A stretch of DNA of 64,000 nt from an uncultured Trueperaceae bacterium (GCA_963799485.1 CAWCXJ010000007.1:192001-256000); one strand, 5' to 3'. Shown: positions 10,903-21,056, counted from the first letter of the stretch. Notes: generated by a model not told the origin, from the sequence alone. Numbers and translations: made by a program.

Positions 10903-11208
10903 ATGTTTGCAGTTATTCAAAGTGGGGGCAAGCAGTACAACGTCGCTGAAGGCGATGTGGTGCGGCTCGAGACCCTCGACGCAGAACCCGGTGAAACCGT
11001 CAAGCTAGACGTGATGATGTTGAGCGGGGATGAAGTCAAGGTCGGCGCCCCCTTAGTCGAAGGGGCAAGCGTCAAAGCCGAGGTCGTCGGTCACGGGCGC
11101 GGCAAAAAGCTCTATATCTACAAGTTCAAAGCCAAGTCGAACTACCGCCGTAAAACGGGGCACCGTCAGGGTTACACCGAAGTCCGCATCACCGCAATCG
11201 AGAGCTAG
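10903..11208 (+). CDS. rplU: 50S ribosomal protein L21
   Basis: MFAVIQSGGKQY...KTGHRQGYT. Confidence 0.97.
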   Translation: MFAVIQSGGKQYNVAEGDVVRLETLDAEPGETVKLDVMMLSGDEVKVGAPLVEGASVKAEVVGHGRGKKLYIYKFKAKSNYRRKTGHRQGYTEVRITAIES

Positions 11209-11241
11209 AGGTTAAAAGCCAAAAGGCATTAGGAGAACAAC

Positions 11242-11523
11242 ATGGCACATAAGAAGGGCGTAGGCAGCTCGAAAAACGGACGCGACAGCCAGTCGAAACG
11301 TCTAGGCGTCAAACGTTTCGAAGGTCAGCTCGTTCCGGCGGGCAACATTTTGGTACGGCAGCGCGGCAGCAAGTTCAAGCCCGGCTTAAACGTCGGTCAG
11401 GGGCGCGACTTTACGCTGTTTGCGCTCCGTGAAGGCGTCGTCAAATTTCATAATCGCGGCGTCAAGGGCCGGTTCATCAGCGTCGAAGCACAAACCCAAA
11501 CCGAGGCCATCGCAGCCGATTGA
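11242..11523 (+). CDS. rpmA: 50S ribosomal protein L27
   Basis: [22 protein letters not shown]. Confidence 0.97.
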   Translation: MAHKKGVGSSKNGRDSQSKRLGVKRFEGQLVPAGNILVRQRGSKFKPGLNVGQGRDFTLFALREGVVKFHNRGVKGRFISVEAQTQTEAIAAD

Positions 11524-11545
11524 GCTGCCTTTGCAAGTACATTCT

Positions 11546-11573
11546 GGCGCGGGCACCACGCTCGCGCCTTTTT
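11546..11573 (+). terminator. Intrinsic terminator after rpmA
   Basis: GGCGCGGGC-ACCAC-GCTCGCGCC-TTTTT. Confidence 0.7.
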
Positions 11574-11610
11574 GTTGAGTTATCAGGTTGTTAAGTTATC
11601 AGAGGTCGGG

Positions 11611-12942
11611 ATGCCGTTAAGAGACACGCTGACAATTACTGTACAAGGAGGCAAAGGCGGCGACGGCGGGATGTCGTTTTTACGCCTCAAATACATGCCC
11701 AAAGGCGGCCCTGACGGGGGGCACGGCGGGCACGGCGGCAGCGTCTGGTTAGAAGCCGTCGATGACGTGGCGTCGTTAGAGCGCCTCGTCAGCCGCCGTC
11801 ACTACAAAGGCGGTACCGGCGCACAGGGTGAAGGTCGCAACAAGGCCGGTAGGCAGGGCGAAGACCTCGTGCTAAATGTTCCAACCGGGACGCTGGCGCT
11901 CGACGCCGATACGGGTGAGCGGCTTGCCGATTTGCTGCACGTCGGCGAGCGGGCACTCGTTGCCCAGGGCGGGTTGGGCGGGCGCGGGAACGCCTCGTTC
12001 GCCTCGTCACTAAGGCGCACCCCGCGTTTTGCTGAAAAGGGCACGCCGGGGATTAAGCGGGAACTGCGGCTCGAGCTGCGCGTGATTGCCGATGTGGGGC
12101 TGGTCGGCTACCCGAACGCCGGTAAATCGAGCCTTTTGGCGGCCCTGTCAAACGCCAAACCGCAGATTGCGGCGTATCCGTTTACCACCCTAAGCCCGAA
12201 TTTGGGTATCGTCGAACGCGACCTGGAGCGCCTGACCTTAGCCGACATCCCCGGCATCATCGAGGGGGCGAGTGAAGGCAAAGGGTTGGGTCTCGAGTTT
12301 CTTCGGCACATCTCGCGCACCCGGCTGCTGGTCTTTGTTCTCGACATCGCCGAGGCTCCGGCGGAAAACCTCGAGGCTTTAAGGAGCGAACTGCGCGCTT
12401 ACGACCCAAGTTTACTGACGCTCCCGGCCCTGATTGCGCTCAACAAATGCGACGTCGCCGACCCGAGGGAAGTTGCCGAGGCGGTAGACGCGTTGACGCG
12501 TTTCGGCTTGCCGGTGCTGGCGATTTCGGCGCAAGAGCGTAAAGGTTTGGACGAGCTGCGCGGCGCACTCTTCGAGCTTTTACCCGAACGCACCGAGTTG
12601 ACGCCGCTCGAGCTGCCGCCGACTCGTGTCCACGTCGAGCCGGTCGTCGTTACGGCCTTACCGGACGGGGCCGGCTGGGAGGTATCGGGGTCGGAGATCA
12701 CGGCGGTCGTGTCGCGTTTCGACGCCAAAAACCGCGAAGCCGTCGCCTATTTGCAAAATCATTTTATGAACCTGGGCGTTTACAAACTCCTAAAACGTGC
12801 GGGCGCACAGGCCGGCGACGACGTATATATCGGCGAGGCTGCGTTTGAATACTTCGACGACGAAAAACCCCCAGTCGCGGCGGAAGCGGATTTTGTAAAG
12901 GCCGAAACCGAGCTAGAGGACGGTGTTCAGGACGAAGCTTAA
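11611..12942 (+). CDS. obgE: Obg family GTPase ObgE/CgtA
   Basis: Gly-rich Obg fold, [22 protein letters not shown]. Confidence 0.96.
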   Translation: MPLRDTLTITVQGGKGGDGGMSFLRLKYMPKGGPDGGHGGHGGSVWLEAVDDVASLERLVSRRHYKGGTGAQGEGRNKAGRQGEDLVLNVPTGTLALDADTGERLADLLHVGERALVAQGGLGGRGNASFASSLRRTPRFAEKGTPGIKRELRLELRVIADVGLVGYPNAGKSSLLAALSNAKPQIAAYPFTTLSPNLGIVERDLERLTLADIPGIIEGASEGKGLGLEFLRHISRTRLLVFVLDIAEAPAENLEALRSELRAYDPSLLTLPALIALNKCDVADPREVAEAVDALTRFGLPVLAISAQERKGLDELRGALFELLPERTELTPLELPPTRVHVEPVVVTALPDGAGWEVSGSEITAVVSRFDAKNREAVAYLQNHFMNLGVYKLLKRAGAQAGDDVYIGEAAFEYFDDEKPPVAAEADFVKAETELEDGVQDEA

Positions 12943-12990
12943 ACTGCTGGTCATGGCTGGGTACACAGGCTTGTACATGTGTTGGCGCAG

Positions 12991-13566
12991 ATGCGTTTAG
13001 GGCTTTTTGGAGGGCGCTTCGACCCGGTTCATATAGGCCACTTGCTGGCGGCTCAGGAGGCTTTCGAGGCCTTAGGGCTCGACGAACTCTGGTTCATCCC
13101 GGCCAAGTCGCCGCCGCATAAACCCGCCGTGGCAAGCCCCGAAGACCGCCTGCAGATGCTCGTTTTGGCGACCCTGAGCAATCCGGCGTTTGTGGTGCAG
13201 GGCCTCGAGCTCGCTCGTCCCGGCCCTTCGTACACTTTTGATACGGTCTGCGAAATCAAAAGGTTGCGCCCGCGCGCTACCCTCTTCTTTATTGCCGGCA
13301 TAGACGCCGCTGCCGAGTTCGCCTCGTGGTACCGCGCCGAAGAACTCAGTACGTTAATAAACACTGTCGCGCTCGCACGTCCGGGGTATACTACAGCTGA
13401 CTTGGGGCCGCCCTTTCGGGGGCGTATCCAAACCCTGAATACGCGGCTTTGTGACGTCTCGAGTACCGAGGTTCGCAGCCGCTTAAGCCGCCACCGCAGT
13501 GTCCGTTACCTCGTTCCCGAGCTTGTGGAGACCTACCTTGACCGAACCGCTCTTTACCGTCAATAG
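12991..13566 (+). CDS. nadD: Nicotinate-nucleotide adenylyltransferase
   Basis: GLFGGRFDPVHIGH, PSYT, VSSTEVR. Confidence 0.93.
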   Translation: MRLGLFGGRFDPVHIGHLLAAQEAFEALGLDELWFIPAKSPPHKPAVASPEDRLQMLVLATLSNPAFVVQGLELARPGPSYTFDTVCEIKRLRPRATLFFIAGIDAAAEFASWYRAEELSTLINTVALARPGYTTADLGPPFRGRIQTLNTRLCDVSSTEVRSRLSRHRSVRYLVPELVETYLDRTALYRQ

Positions 13567-14131
13567 CCCCTGCACCCGGCCCAGCATCGCGCCCTACTGC
13601 GCCCGCGTCAAAACACAGGTCTCGGCCCGGCGGTTCGAACACATCGTCCGCGTCGCCATCCTTACCGAAACGATTGCCCAGGCTAACGGGTTTTCCAGAG
13701 ACGAGGTGCGCGTCGCGAGTTTGGCGGCAGTCTTGCACGACGTTGCCCGTGACTTCTCAGCGGAGGAACTTTTTGCACTCGCACCGCCCGAAACGGATTT
13801 GGAGCGTCAACAACCGCTCGCCGTCCATGGTCGCGCGGGCCGTCGCCTGATTGAAACCTGGGGCGTCAGCGACGAACGCGTACTAGACGCCGTTGAAGGG
13901 CACGTGTTCGGGGTCTCGCACGGTAACCGTATCGGCATGGCGCTTTACATCGCCGACGTGTCCGAACCGGGGCGCGGCGTCAACGCCGATATTCGCGACC
14001 TCGCCATGCGGAACCTTTTTTGGGCGTATCAGCGGGCGGTCGCCAGCAAAGTCACCTACCTCCGCGCGCGGGGCAAGGCGGTTCACCCGGATACCCTCAG
14101 GGTCTACCGGGAGATTTGCGGCCCCGGCTGA
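13538..14131 (+). CDS. yqeK: HD-domain bis(5'-nucleosyl)-tetraphosphatase, YqeK family
   Basis: RFEH..V, LHDVAR, H..G, YIADVSEPGR; follows nadD; TTG start chosen after GGAG. Confidence 0.85.
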   Translation: MTEPLFTVNSPCTRPSIAPYCARVKTQVSARRFEHIVRVAILTETIAQANGFSRDEVRVASLAAVLHDVARDFSAEELFALAPPETDLERQQPLAVHGRAGRRLIETWGVSDERVLDAVEGHVFGVSHGNRIGMALYIADVSEPGRGVNADIRDLAMRNLFWAYQRAVASKVTYLRARGKAVHPDTLRVYREICGPG

Positions 14132-14148
14132 GCAGTCATGTCAATCCG

Positions 14149-15477
14149 GTGACGCCTAAAAACCCGACGCCAAAACGGGTGCGACGCTGGGCGCGGCTGG
14201 TCAGCGTACTCGGTATCCTTATCGCGCTGCTCGGGCTGAGCGGCTACTGGCTGACGCGCAGCGAACAGCAGACCGTTTTAACCAGTGAAGAAAAAGCACT
14301 GGTCAATCCCGACGGCGAGTTTCAGATGAGCTTCGTACTGGCAGGGCGCGATTACGACTACAGCGAGGCGGCGGGGCCGCTGGTGACGCGTGGTGGTGAG
14401 CAAGTCCGAAGTTTTGTCACTAAAGCGCAGCTCGGCAACCGCACCGATACGATCATGTACGTCAATATCGTCGGCAACCGGGTTTTTATGGTGTCGCTGC
14501 CTAGAGACATTATGCTGAGAGTGCCGGAAGGTGTAGATATTGCTACCCGCCGCATTGGGCTCAACGAGGTTTACGATTATCCGCAGCTTTACGGCACCCG
14601 CGACCGTGCCGACGCCTTACGCAAAGCCGTAAGTACCCTGCTCGACCTGCCGGTCGACTACTACGCTGTTATCAACATCGACATCTTCGAGCGCCTCGTC
14701 GACGATGTGGGCGGGGTTGACCTCGAGGTGCCGCAGCGGATGTACTACGTCGACCAGGCAGGGGGGCTGACCATCGACCTGCAACCCGGCCTGCAACACC
14801 TTAGCGGTGAACAGGCCGCCGGGTTCGTCCGTTACCGCCAGCTTTTGCGCGGCGACATCGACCGCATCGACAACATCAAAACGCTCGCCTACGCGGTGCT
14901 GAGCCGATTGAAAGCGCTGAATGTGCGGGCGGTTACAGCGGTTCCGGCGCTGCTCGAGACCTTCTTTTCCGAAGTCGATACGAATATGAGCCTAAGCGCC
15001 TTGTCACGACTTGTGCCGCGGCTCGGAGAATTACAGCTCGAGGCCGTCACCTTACCGACGCAAGACGTCGAAGGGAGTAAACGCTTCGTTCGGACGGTAC
15101 CGAGTGAAGTCGAGACGTTCCTAGCCGGCGTGTTCGGCGGTGAGGCGCGCCCCGTCACTGAGACGCCGCGCGCCACCCTGATGCTGAGTAACCGCAGCGG
15201 TTTGCCGGGGCTGGCAAAAAGCATCAAGACCGAACTTGTCCGGCTGGGTATTCCGGCTGGACGTATCCGCATTCGCCAAGGGCCGCGCGACCCGGTAACG
15301 CGCGTGGTGACGACCCACACGGGGCTCGCTGCCGCCCCTTTTTACGCCGACCTGCTTGGGGTAGGCTGGCAACAAGTCGACCGGCTGGCATTAGACGAAG
15401 ATATAGAAATCGTACTCGGTCAAGACGCAAAAAACTTTTATCTGGCGACGCAACTCGCCGAAGGAGGCCAACCATAA
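14149..15477 (+). CDS. LCP (LytR-CpsA-Psr) family cell-wall glycopolymer transferase with LytR C-terminal domain
   Basis: N-terminal TM, RTDTIM, SLPRD, FVRYR..GDIDR, C-terminal NRSGLPGLA..IEIVLGQD; start uncertain. Confidence 0.88.
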   Translation: MTPKNPTPKRVRRWARLVSVLGILIALLGLSGYWLTRSEQQTVLTSEEKALVNPDGEFQMSFVLAGRDYDYSEAAGPLVTRGGEQVRSFVTKAQLGNRTDTIMYVNIVGNRVFMVSLPRDIMLRVPEGVDIATRRIGLNEVYDYPQLYGTRDRADALRKAVSTLLDLPVDYYAVINIDIFERLVDDVGGVDLEVPQRMYYVDQAGGLTIDLQPGLQHLSGEQAAGFVRYRQLLRGDIDRIDNIKTLAYAVLSRLKALNVRAVTAVPALLETFFSEVDTNMSLSALSRLVPRLGELQLEAVTLPTQDVEGSKRFVRTVPSEVETFLAGVFGGEARPVTETPRATLMLSNRSGLPGLAKSIKTELVRLGIPAGRIRIRQGPRDPVTRVVTTHTGLAAAPFYADLLGVGWQQVDRLALDEDIEIVLGQDAKNFYLATQLAEGGQP

Positions 15478-15839
15478 CTGCAACGACGCAAATCCCCCGG
15501 GAAGTGCAACTTATCGTCGACGCTCTAGACGACCGCCGCGCCAAAGACATAACTGTACTAGACCTGCAAGGCGTCTCGGAGACGCTCTCTTACTTCGTCG
15601 TCGCCACCGGCGAATCGAGCGTACAGCTTAGGGCGATGGAAGACCGGGTGCGCGAGCGCCTGAAAGAAGCAGGGTTCGTGCCCAAAGCGATCGAAGGCCC
15701 CTCGGCGCGCTGGGTGTTGATGGATTACGGCTTTATCGTCGTTCACATCATGAGTCCTGAAGCTAGAGAGTTTTACGACCTCGAGGGTCTCTGGGTCGAC
15801 GCCGAACAGCTCACCGTTACCCCTTCGCCGCCGAGCTAA
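15474..15839 (+). CDS. rsfS: Ribosome silencing factor
   Basis: DDRRAKDITVLD, YFVVATG, WVLMDYG..VHIM..REFYDLEGLW; start either ATA 15474 (after AAGGAGG) or GTG 15504. Confidence 0.92.
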   Translation: MTATTQIPREVQLIVDALDDRRAKDITVLDLQGVSETLSYFVVATGESSVQLRAMEDRVRERLKEAGFVPKAIEGPSARWVLMDYGFIVVHIMSPEAREFYDLEGLWVDAEQLTVTPSPPS

Positions 15840-15848
15840 CCAAACCCT

Positions 15849-16187
15849 ATGCGCCACTGGGCGGAAGACGCCGCAAAACGTTATCTGCTCGCGCGCGGCT
15901 ACCGCATCTTGGCAGAAAACTACACGGTGCGCGGCGCGGAGGTCGACCTCATCGCTGAAAAAGACGGGATAATCGTCGTTGCCGAGGTCAAGCAGCGCCG
16001 TTCGGAGCGTTTCGGGACACCTGCCGAGACAATTTCTAAAAAGAAGCTGGTACGCCTTCAAGGGGCCGCCCTCCGGTACATTTCAGCAGAGTTCGGCCGA
16101 GACGACCTGCCCCTCAGGTTCGACGCCCTGCTGTTTTTGGGCACCGAAGTGAACTACCAAGTTACGCACCTCGAGGGAATCGAGTAG
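15849..16187 (+). CDS. YraN/UPF0102 family endonuclease-like protein
   Basis: AE..A..YL..GY.IL..N...AEVDLIA..EVKQR, RFD. Confidence 0.9.
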   Translation: MRHWAEDAAKRYLLARGYRILAENYTVRGAEVDLIAEKDGIIVVAEVKQRRSERFGTPAETISKKKLVRLQGAALRYISAEFGRDDLPLRFDALLFLGTEVNYQVTHLEGIE

Positions 16188-16530
16188 CGGTCAACTCTTC
16201 CGGCAGTTCAAAGGTGCCGTCGGCGTGGGGCGGAAAATCTATCACTCTGACAACCGCTTCTAGATTAAGCGGGCCGTAAAGATGTGGATACGCTTCTTCG
16301 GTGTTTAGAGCTTCGTATCGCAGTTCAGCCGTGAGTCTTTCGGGTAAAACGCAGAGCAGAGCAAGGTTTTGCCGTCCACGATAAAGAAAGTTTGCAACAG
16401 CTACGACTTGCCCGGGTTCGGAGAGATGAATAAATCCTTCTTCCTTTAGACTCGGCGTTTTATAAACGTTTTGGCGCTGCGCCTCGTTCCAGGCTTCTTG
16501 CGTTGTAATGTGCCAAATAATCTCAGACAT
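16162..16530 (-). CDS. DUF952 family protein
   Basis: IWHI..W...SL.EEGFIHLS...YPHLYGPLNLEAV. Confidence 0.88.
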   Translation of the reverse strand: MSEIIWHITTQEAWNEAQRQNVYKTPSLKEEGFIHLSEPGQVVAVANFLYRGRQNLALLCVLPERLTAELRYEALNTEEAYPHLYGPLNLEAVVRVIDFPPHADGTFELPEELTATRFPRGA

Positions 16531-16546
16531 TCTTTATACTAGACCG

Positions 16547-17206
16547 GTGAGTCTTCAGCCCGTACGCGTCAAAATTTGCGGTATCACCCGTCCTGAAGAT
16601 GCGCTCGCCGCCGAGGCTGCCGGGGCGGACGCGGTAGGGCTCATCTTTGCCGCGCGCTCTAAACGCCGGGTGACGCTCCCGCAGGCTCAGGCGATTTGCT
16701 CACAGCTCGGCCCGTTTATTGCCAAAGTCGGGGTTTTTGTCGATGCACCTTTAGAAACGGTACTCGAGGCTGCGCGGCAGCTGCGACTCAGCGCAGTGCA
16801 GCTTCACGGTGCTGAAACCCCGGACTACGCTCGAGCTCTGCGCCGTGAAGTGCAGGTTATCCGGGCCGTCGGCTTTACCGCTGAACTGGATATGGGAGCA
16901 CTTTCGGACTTTCCGGCAGATGCTGTACTGCTCGACGGCCTGGTACCGGGGAGCGGTGACACGTTCTGTTGGGCGGACGCCGCGGCGCTGCGGGGTTTTC
17001 CGCGTCTTATTCTTGCAGGTGGGTTGACGCCGGAAAACGTCGGTGCGGGTATCGAGGCGTTGCGCCCCTACGCCGTCGACGTCGCATCAGGGGTAGAGTG
17101 CACGGCTGGGATCAAAGAAACTAGCAAGATACAAGATTTTGTGCGCAACGCCAAAAACGCATCAAACCCCGAAGTTATCCACAGATCGCCTGAGGGCTGT
17201 GGATAA
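16547..17206 (+). CDS. trpF: Phosphoribosylanthranilate isomerase
   Basis: VKICGIT, VGVFVD, VQLHG.E, LILAGGL.PENV, VDVASGVE. Confidence 0.95.
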   Translation: MSLQPVRVKICGITRPEDALAAEAAGADAVGLIFAARSKRRVTLPQAQAICSQLGPFIAKVGVFVDAPLETVLEAARQLRLSAVQLHGAETPDYARALRREVQVIRAVGFTAELDMGALSDFPADAVLLDGLVPGSGDTFCWADAAALRGFPRLILAGGLTPENVGAGIEALRPYAVDVASGVECTAGIKETSKIQDFVRNAKNASNPEVIHRSPEGCG

Positions 17207-17380
17207 CTCTGTTTCGCCGCGCACGACGCAAAAAAACCCGCTCAAACACCGTTTTTTACGTCCAGGACGACATCCTTCGCTTTCTGTCGATAATTCGGAC
17301 GGCTACCAAATCCGCCACCATTTTGTCAAGCACTATAGTTATCCACAGCCTGACCCCGACTTATCCACAGGTTATCCACA
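17175..17380. promoter_or_regulatory. DnaA-box cluster (oriC-like or DnaA-titrating locus)
   Basis: TTATCCACA at 17175, 17339, 17361, 17372; TGTGGATAA at 17198; 1-mismatch TGTCGATAA at 17285. Confidence 0.8.
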
Positions 17381-17510
17381 GCTTTTCGAGCAACTTCGGG
17401 ATGCATATACATGTTCGTGTGAATAACGGAGAGACTTCTAAACGGCGCTCTTATCGAATTTCCAGGGGCCGTAAAACCGTATAACGTCTGCAAACGCGAA
17501 GTTTTTTACA

Positions 17511-18089
17511 TTACGGATTTGTAACTTGTCGGGGTGACCAGTCTCCCAGGGTACGGCGCAAGCTGACGATTTGTCCGGTGTGATACGCCGAATGGTCGGC
17601 GACCAGCAAGAGCTGGCGCAAGTAGGTGCGCCCTTCGCCGTGCGGGATTTCGGCGGTGAGTTCGTAGGCCGGATTTTGGGCCAGCGCGATAAGCCCTTTA
17701 AGGTCGCGCGCATACGCTAGGCGCGCGCCTAGCCACGCCTCGTCGGAAAGGTCGCTGCGGTTTTCCGGCCAGTAACCTTTGGGCCACGGCGGAGAGTGCC
17801 AGTCCGGGTCCAGCGTATAACGCAAAATATCCTCTTGAGTGATGCGGATATGCTCGAGCAGTTGCCACACCGAGTGGGCTCCGGGGGGGCGGTGCGTCCG
17901 CCATTCGGGGCGCAGGCCGTTTAGCGCGTCCTCCAGGCGGACGTGCGCGGCACCCTTTTGTAAAAGCTCAACGACGGTTTGCCGAAGCGTAGCGGAATCA
18001 GAGGGCACGCAGTTACGGTGCACGCGGTTGTGGCATGCGGGGCCTCGAGGTAGGGGAGACAGGGGGCTGAGACATAGCGGTTCGCTCAC
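17511..18089 (-). CDS. DinB/YfiT family protein
   Basis: HSVWQLLEHIR..Q.DIL...WP.GYWP...RQLLLVADHSAYHTGQIV. Confidence 0.88.
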   Translation of the reverse strand: MSEPLCLSPLSPLPRGPACHNRVHRNCVPSDSATLRQTVVELLQKGAAHVRLEDALNGLRPEWRTHRPPGAHSVWQLLEHIRITQEDILRYTLDPDWHSPPWPKGYWPENRSDLSDEAWLGARLAYARDLKGLIALAQNPAYELTAEIPHGEGRTYLRQLLLVADHSAYHTGQIVSLRRTLGDWSPRQVTNP

Positions 18090-18172
18090 CGTTATACCCT
18101 AGACACCTATCCCAAGTGCGGTAAAATGAGCCAAATGTTGTGCTTAATGCGCCCTTTTCTCAGCTGCTTGCC

Positions 18173-19831
18173 ATGCTGACGTGGCTTGCACCGAACGCTC
18201 TCTGGCTGCTCCTCGCGCTACCGGTTATTGTACTACTCTACGTCGTGCGGGCGCGGCGGCGGCAGCAGGTCGTATCGGCGCTTTTTTTGTGGACAGAAGC
18301 GAAGGTCTCCGCACGCCAGCGCCGCCGTATCTCGCCCACCCTGCTCTTGCTGCTCCAGCTCTTGCTCGCGACACTTTTGGCTTTAGCCCTCGCCCAGCCG
18401 CGCCTTCGTCTTAGCGGCGCGCCGCCGCGCGTGCTGGTCGTTGACGCTTCAGCGAGCATGGCGGCTGACTCGGCGGGCGGTTCACGCTTGGCGGAGGCCG
18501 TAGCCCAGGCTGATGCGCTCCTGGCGGACGCGGGCGAGGTCGCGGTGGTGCGCGCGGGGCTCGGCGTGCGGGTGGTGCAGCCGCTTACGGGTGACCACGC
18601 GCAGGTACGCCGGGTTCTGGCAGGGCTCGTTGCAGCGGACGCGAGCGCCGCGACCGCCGAGGCTCTCGCACTCGCCCGCTCGCTCGTACCCGGCGCTGAA
18701 GTGCATCTCTTTAGCGATCAGGCCAAACCTGCCGGGTTTAACGAGGTTGCGCTGCACGCCGTTGGTCAAGCTGCCCCCAACCTCGGTATCAGCGCGTTCG
18801 AACTCGCTTACGGTCAGCTTTTCGTCTCCGTCGTCAACAACGCCGACACGCCGCGAACCGCCGAGCTGAGCTTGAGCGAAAGCAGCGGCGACGGCGTAAA
18901 TGAGGTAAGAACCAGTTTGCTCGTACCGGCGCGGGGTCAGGCCAATACGTCGTTGCCGGTTGCGTCGGCAGTCGGGTTCTACCGGGCGCAGCTGGCGGAG
19001 CTGCAAGGTGCAGGTTTACAAGGCGACGCGCTTGCGCTCGACAACGAGGCGTTTGCCGGGGGCCGCGCGCTGCGTATTCGCTTTCTAGGGGACGCGCCCG
19101 CGCTCGACCGGCTTTTAAGGGCGCTACCTGATACGGTTTTGGACGTGCCGGAAGACGCCGATGTGACCGTTTCAGTTGGGCAGACGGGGCCGCTCCCGGC
19201 AGGTAACGTCGTCCTTTTTGCCCCTCCGGAAAGCGCCCCCGCCTACAGTGAGATCGCCGACTGGACGCGGAGCGACCCACTGCTCCGGTTTGCCGATCTG
19301 AGCGGTACGGTCGTTGCGCCCTCGAGCGCTCCCCCACCCTTGCCACTCGCGGCGGCCGACGTCCTCGCCCGCACCGCCGACCTGACACCCGTCCTGCTCC
19401 GCTGGAATCAGGGGGGGCGTGAGGTGCTCTATTTTGCCTTTAACCCGGCTCAGAGCGACCTGCCCCGGCGTCCCGCCTTTCCTATCGTGCTGACAAACGC
19501 CCTCACCGGGTTTCGCAACGAGGCGCAGGTTCCGCTCGGGACAGCGCTGGGCGGCGGCGACTACCTTACCGAACCGGGGCGGCTAGAGCGTGCGGGCCGC
19601 ACTTACACCTCCGCGCCGCTCCCGGCAGCCGAGTCGCGTCTAGCAGTAACGGCCCTCGAGAGCACTCCGCCGCGCCGCGAAACCGGCAGCGAAGCCATCC
19701 GCGACCCGGCCCTCTGGCTTGTTCTCGGCGCGCTCTTTTTGCTTTTGACAGAATGGTTGCTATGGTCGCAAGGTTTTGCCGGGGGCGCGGCGCGCGTTAC
19801 GGGGCGAACGTCCCCGCCAGCGAAACCTTAA
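18173..19831 (+). CDS. BatA-like N-terminal plus VWA domain membrane protein
   Basis: N-terminal LWLLLALP...LLLLLQL..LALAQP, MIDAS-like DASASM, C-terminal LLLTEWL TM. Confidence 0.82.
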   Translation: MLTWLAPNALWLLLALPVIVLLYVVRARRRQQVVSALFLWTEAKVSARQRRRISPTLLLLLQLLLATLLALALAQPRLRLSGAPPRVLVVDASASMAADSAGGSRLAEAVAQADALLADAGEVAVVRAGLGVRVVQPLTGDHAQVRRVLAGLVAADASAATAEALALARSLVPGAEVHLFSDQAKPAGFNEVALHAVGQAAPNLGISAFELAYGQLFVSVVNNADTPRTAELSLSESSGDGVNEVRTSLLVPARGQANTSLPVASAVGFYRAQLAELQGAGLQGDALALDNEAFAGGRALRIRFLGDAPALDRLLRALPDTVLDVPEDADVTVSVGQTGPLPAGNVVLFAPPESAPAYSEIADWTRSDPLLRFADLSGTVVAPSSAPPPLPLAAADVLARTADLTPVLLRWNQGGREVLYFAFNPAQSDLPRRPAFPIVLTNALTGFRNEAQVPLGTALGGGDYLTEPGRLERAGRTYTSAPLPAAESRLAVTALESTPPRRETGSEAIRDPALWLVLGALFLLLTEWLLWSQGFAGGAARVTGRTSPPAKP

Positions 19832-20372
19832 GCGCAACCTCATCTTCGGCAACAATGCCGAACAGACTTGGACGTTTCATCTCGTAGTCGCTTAGCAGCA
19901 CGGTAAACGAACCCGTCGCCGTCGCCTGCGCGCCGTCCCGCGAGACCTCGACGGGGAAGCTCACCCCCTTGGTGACGCCGTGCAGCGTCAGGGTACCGCT
20001 AAACGTCGCCGTCGCCCTGCCCGACGCTGCGGGCGCTCTAAGGGGCGCAGCTAAAGGCAGCGTCCCGGTAAGCGTCGCCGTAGGAAATTCACCGGTCTCG
20101 AAAACGGTAAAGCGGGCGTTGCCGTCACGGACGAAGTTGCCGGAGTCGAAACGTCCGGGCTCGAGTACGGCCCTCACCCGGAGGCCGTTTGTGATCTCCT
20201 CCAAGGTCACGTCTTCAAGCGGCGCGACGCCCCGCCACGTGCTTCGTGAGTCGTATGCGGTATAGGTTACGGTACTCGCGTCTAGTGAAAAACTCAGACC
20301 GAGAAGTAGCGGAACCGTAAACAACAGCAGCCCCGGAAAAAGACGCCGAAGACGAACCGGCAAAAGCTTCAT
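19797..20372 (-). CDS. YceI family lipid/polyisoprenoid-binding protein
   Basis: signal peptide, DSGNFVRD, FPTAT, GTLTLHGVTK. Confidence 0.85.
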   Translation of the reverse strand: MKLLPVRLRRLFPGLLLFTVPLLLGLSFSLDASTVTYTAYDSRSTWRGVAPLEDVTLEEITNGLRVRAVLEPGRFDSGNFVRDGNARFTVFETGEFPTATLTGTLPLAAPLRAPAASGRATATFSGTLTLHGVTKGVSFPVEVSRDGAQATATGSFTVLLSDYEMKRPSLFGIVAEDEVALKVSLAGTFAP

Positions 20373-20540
20373 CCCTCGAGCATGGTCGATTCGGTTACCC
20401 GTAATGGTGTATGTAGTCACCTTTGGGCGTCGGCGCGGTAACCATCAGGGACAAACATGCTGTGGTGCCGGTTTACGCCGCGCACGCGGTACAGTTAGGC
20501 GCGTCCCGACCCCGACGGACGGGGCATTAAGGAGGTTCAG

Positions 20541-21056
20541 GTGCGTTCACGGGGCATCATCGTTACTCTCGTCGTGATTCTGGTGGTACTTTTTACGCTG
20601 CTCAACCTGGGGCCGCTCTCGCTCGGACTACCCATCAACCTGATCTTTTTTACCGTTCAGGCACCCCTGGGTTTGGTCTTGGTCGGGTTTACCCTCGTTC
20701 TCAGCTTCGGGTTTTTGCTCGTGTCGCTCTTTCGCCGCGCCGGACAGCTGCGGCAGATTTCACACCTCGAGACCGAGCTAGAGCGCGAACGGGCGCTCGT
20801 CCAGAAAAAGCGTCTGGCTGAACTTGAAGCCTTGGAGACCCGTCTCGGTGAGCGCTTCGGGACGCTCGAGGCGAATCTCCGGGCCACCCTGAATGAACAC
20901 TACAACCGCCTCGAGTCCGGGGAAAAGGCGCAGGTCGAGCGGCTCGAGGGGCACGTCCTCAGTATCCGCCGCGAATTGGCAACCGACTTGGCGCAGATCG
21001 AAAGCTCGATCCGCCGGAACTTGCCCGCACCCCGCTCAGAAAACGAACGCGGCTAG
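20541..21056 (+). CDS. LapA/DUF1049-like membrane protein with coiled-coil tail
   Basis: AAGGAGG SD, two TM segments (FTLLN...APLGLVL), helical C-terminus. Confidence 0.6.
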   Translation: MRSRGIIVTLVVILVVLFTLLNLGPLSLGLPINLIFFTVQAPLGLVLVGFTLVLSFGFLLVSLFRRAGQLRQISHLETELERERALVQKKRLAELEALETRLGERFGTLEANLRATLNEHYNRLESGEKAQVERLEGHVLSIRRELATDLAQIESSIRRNLPAPRSENERG

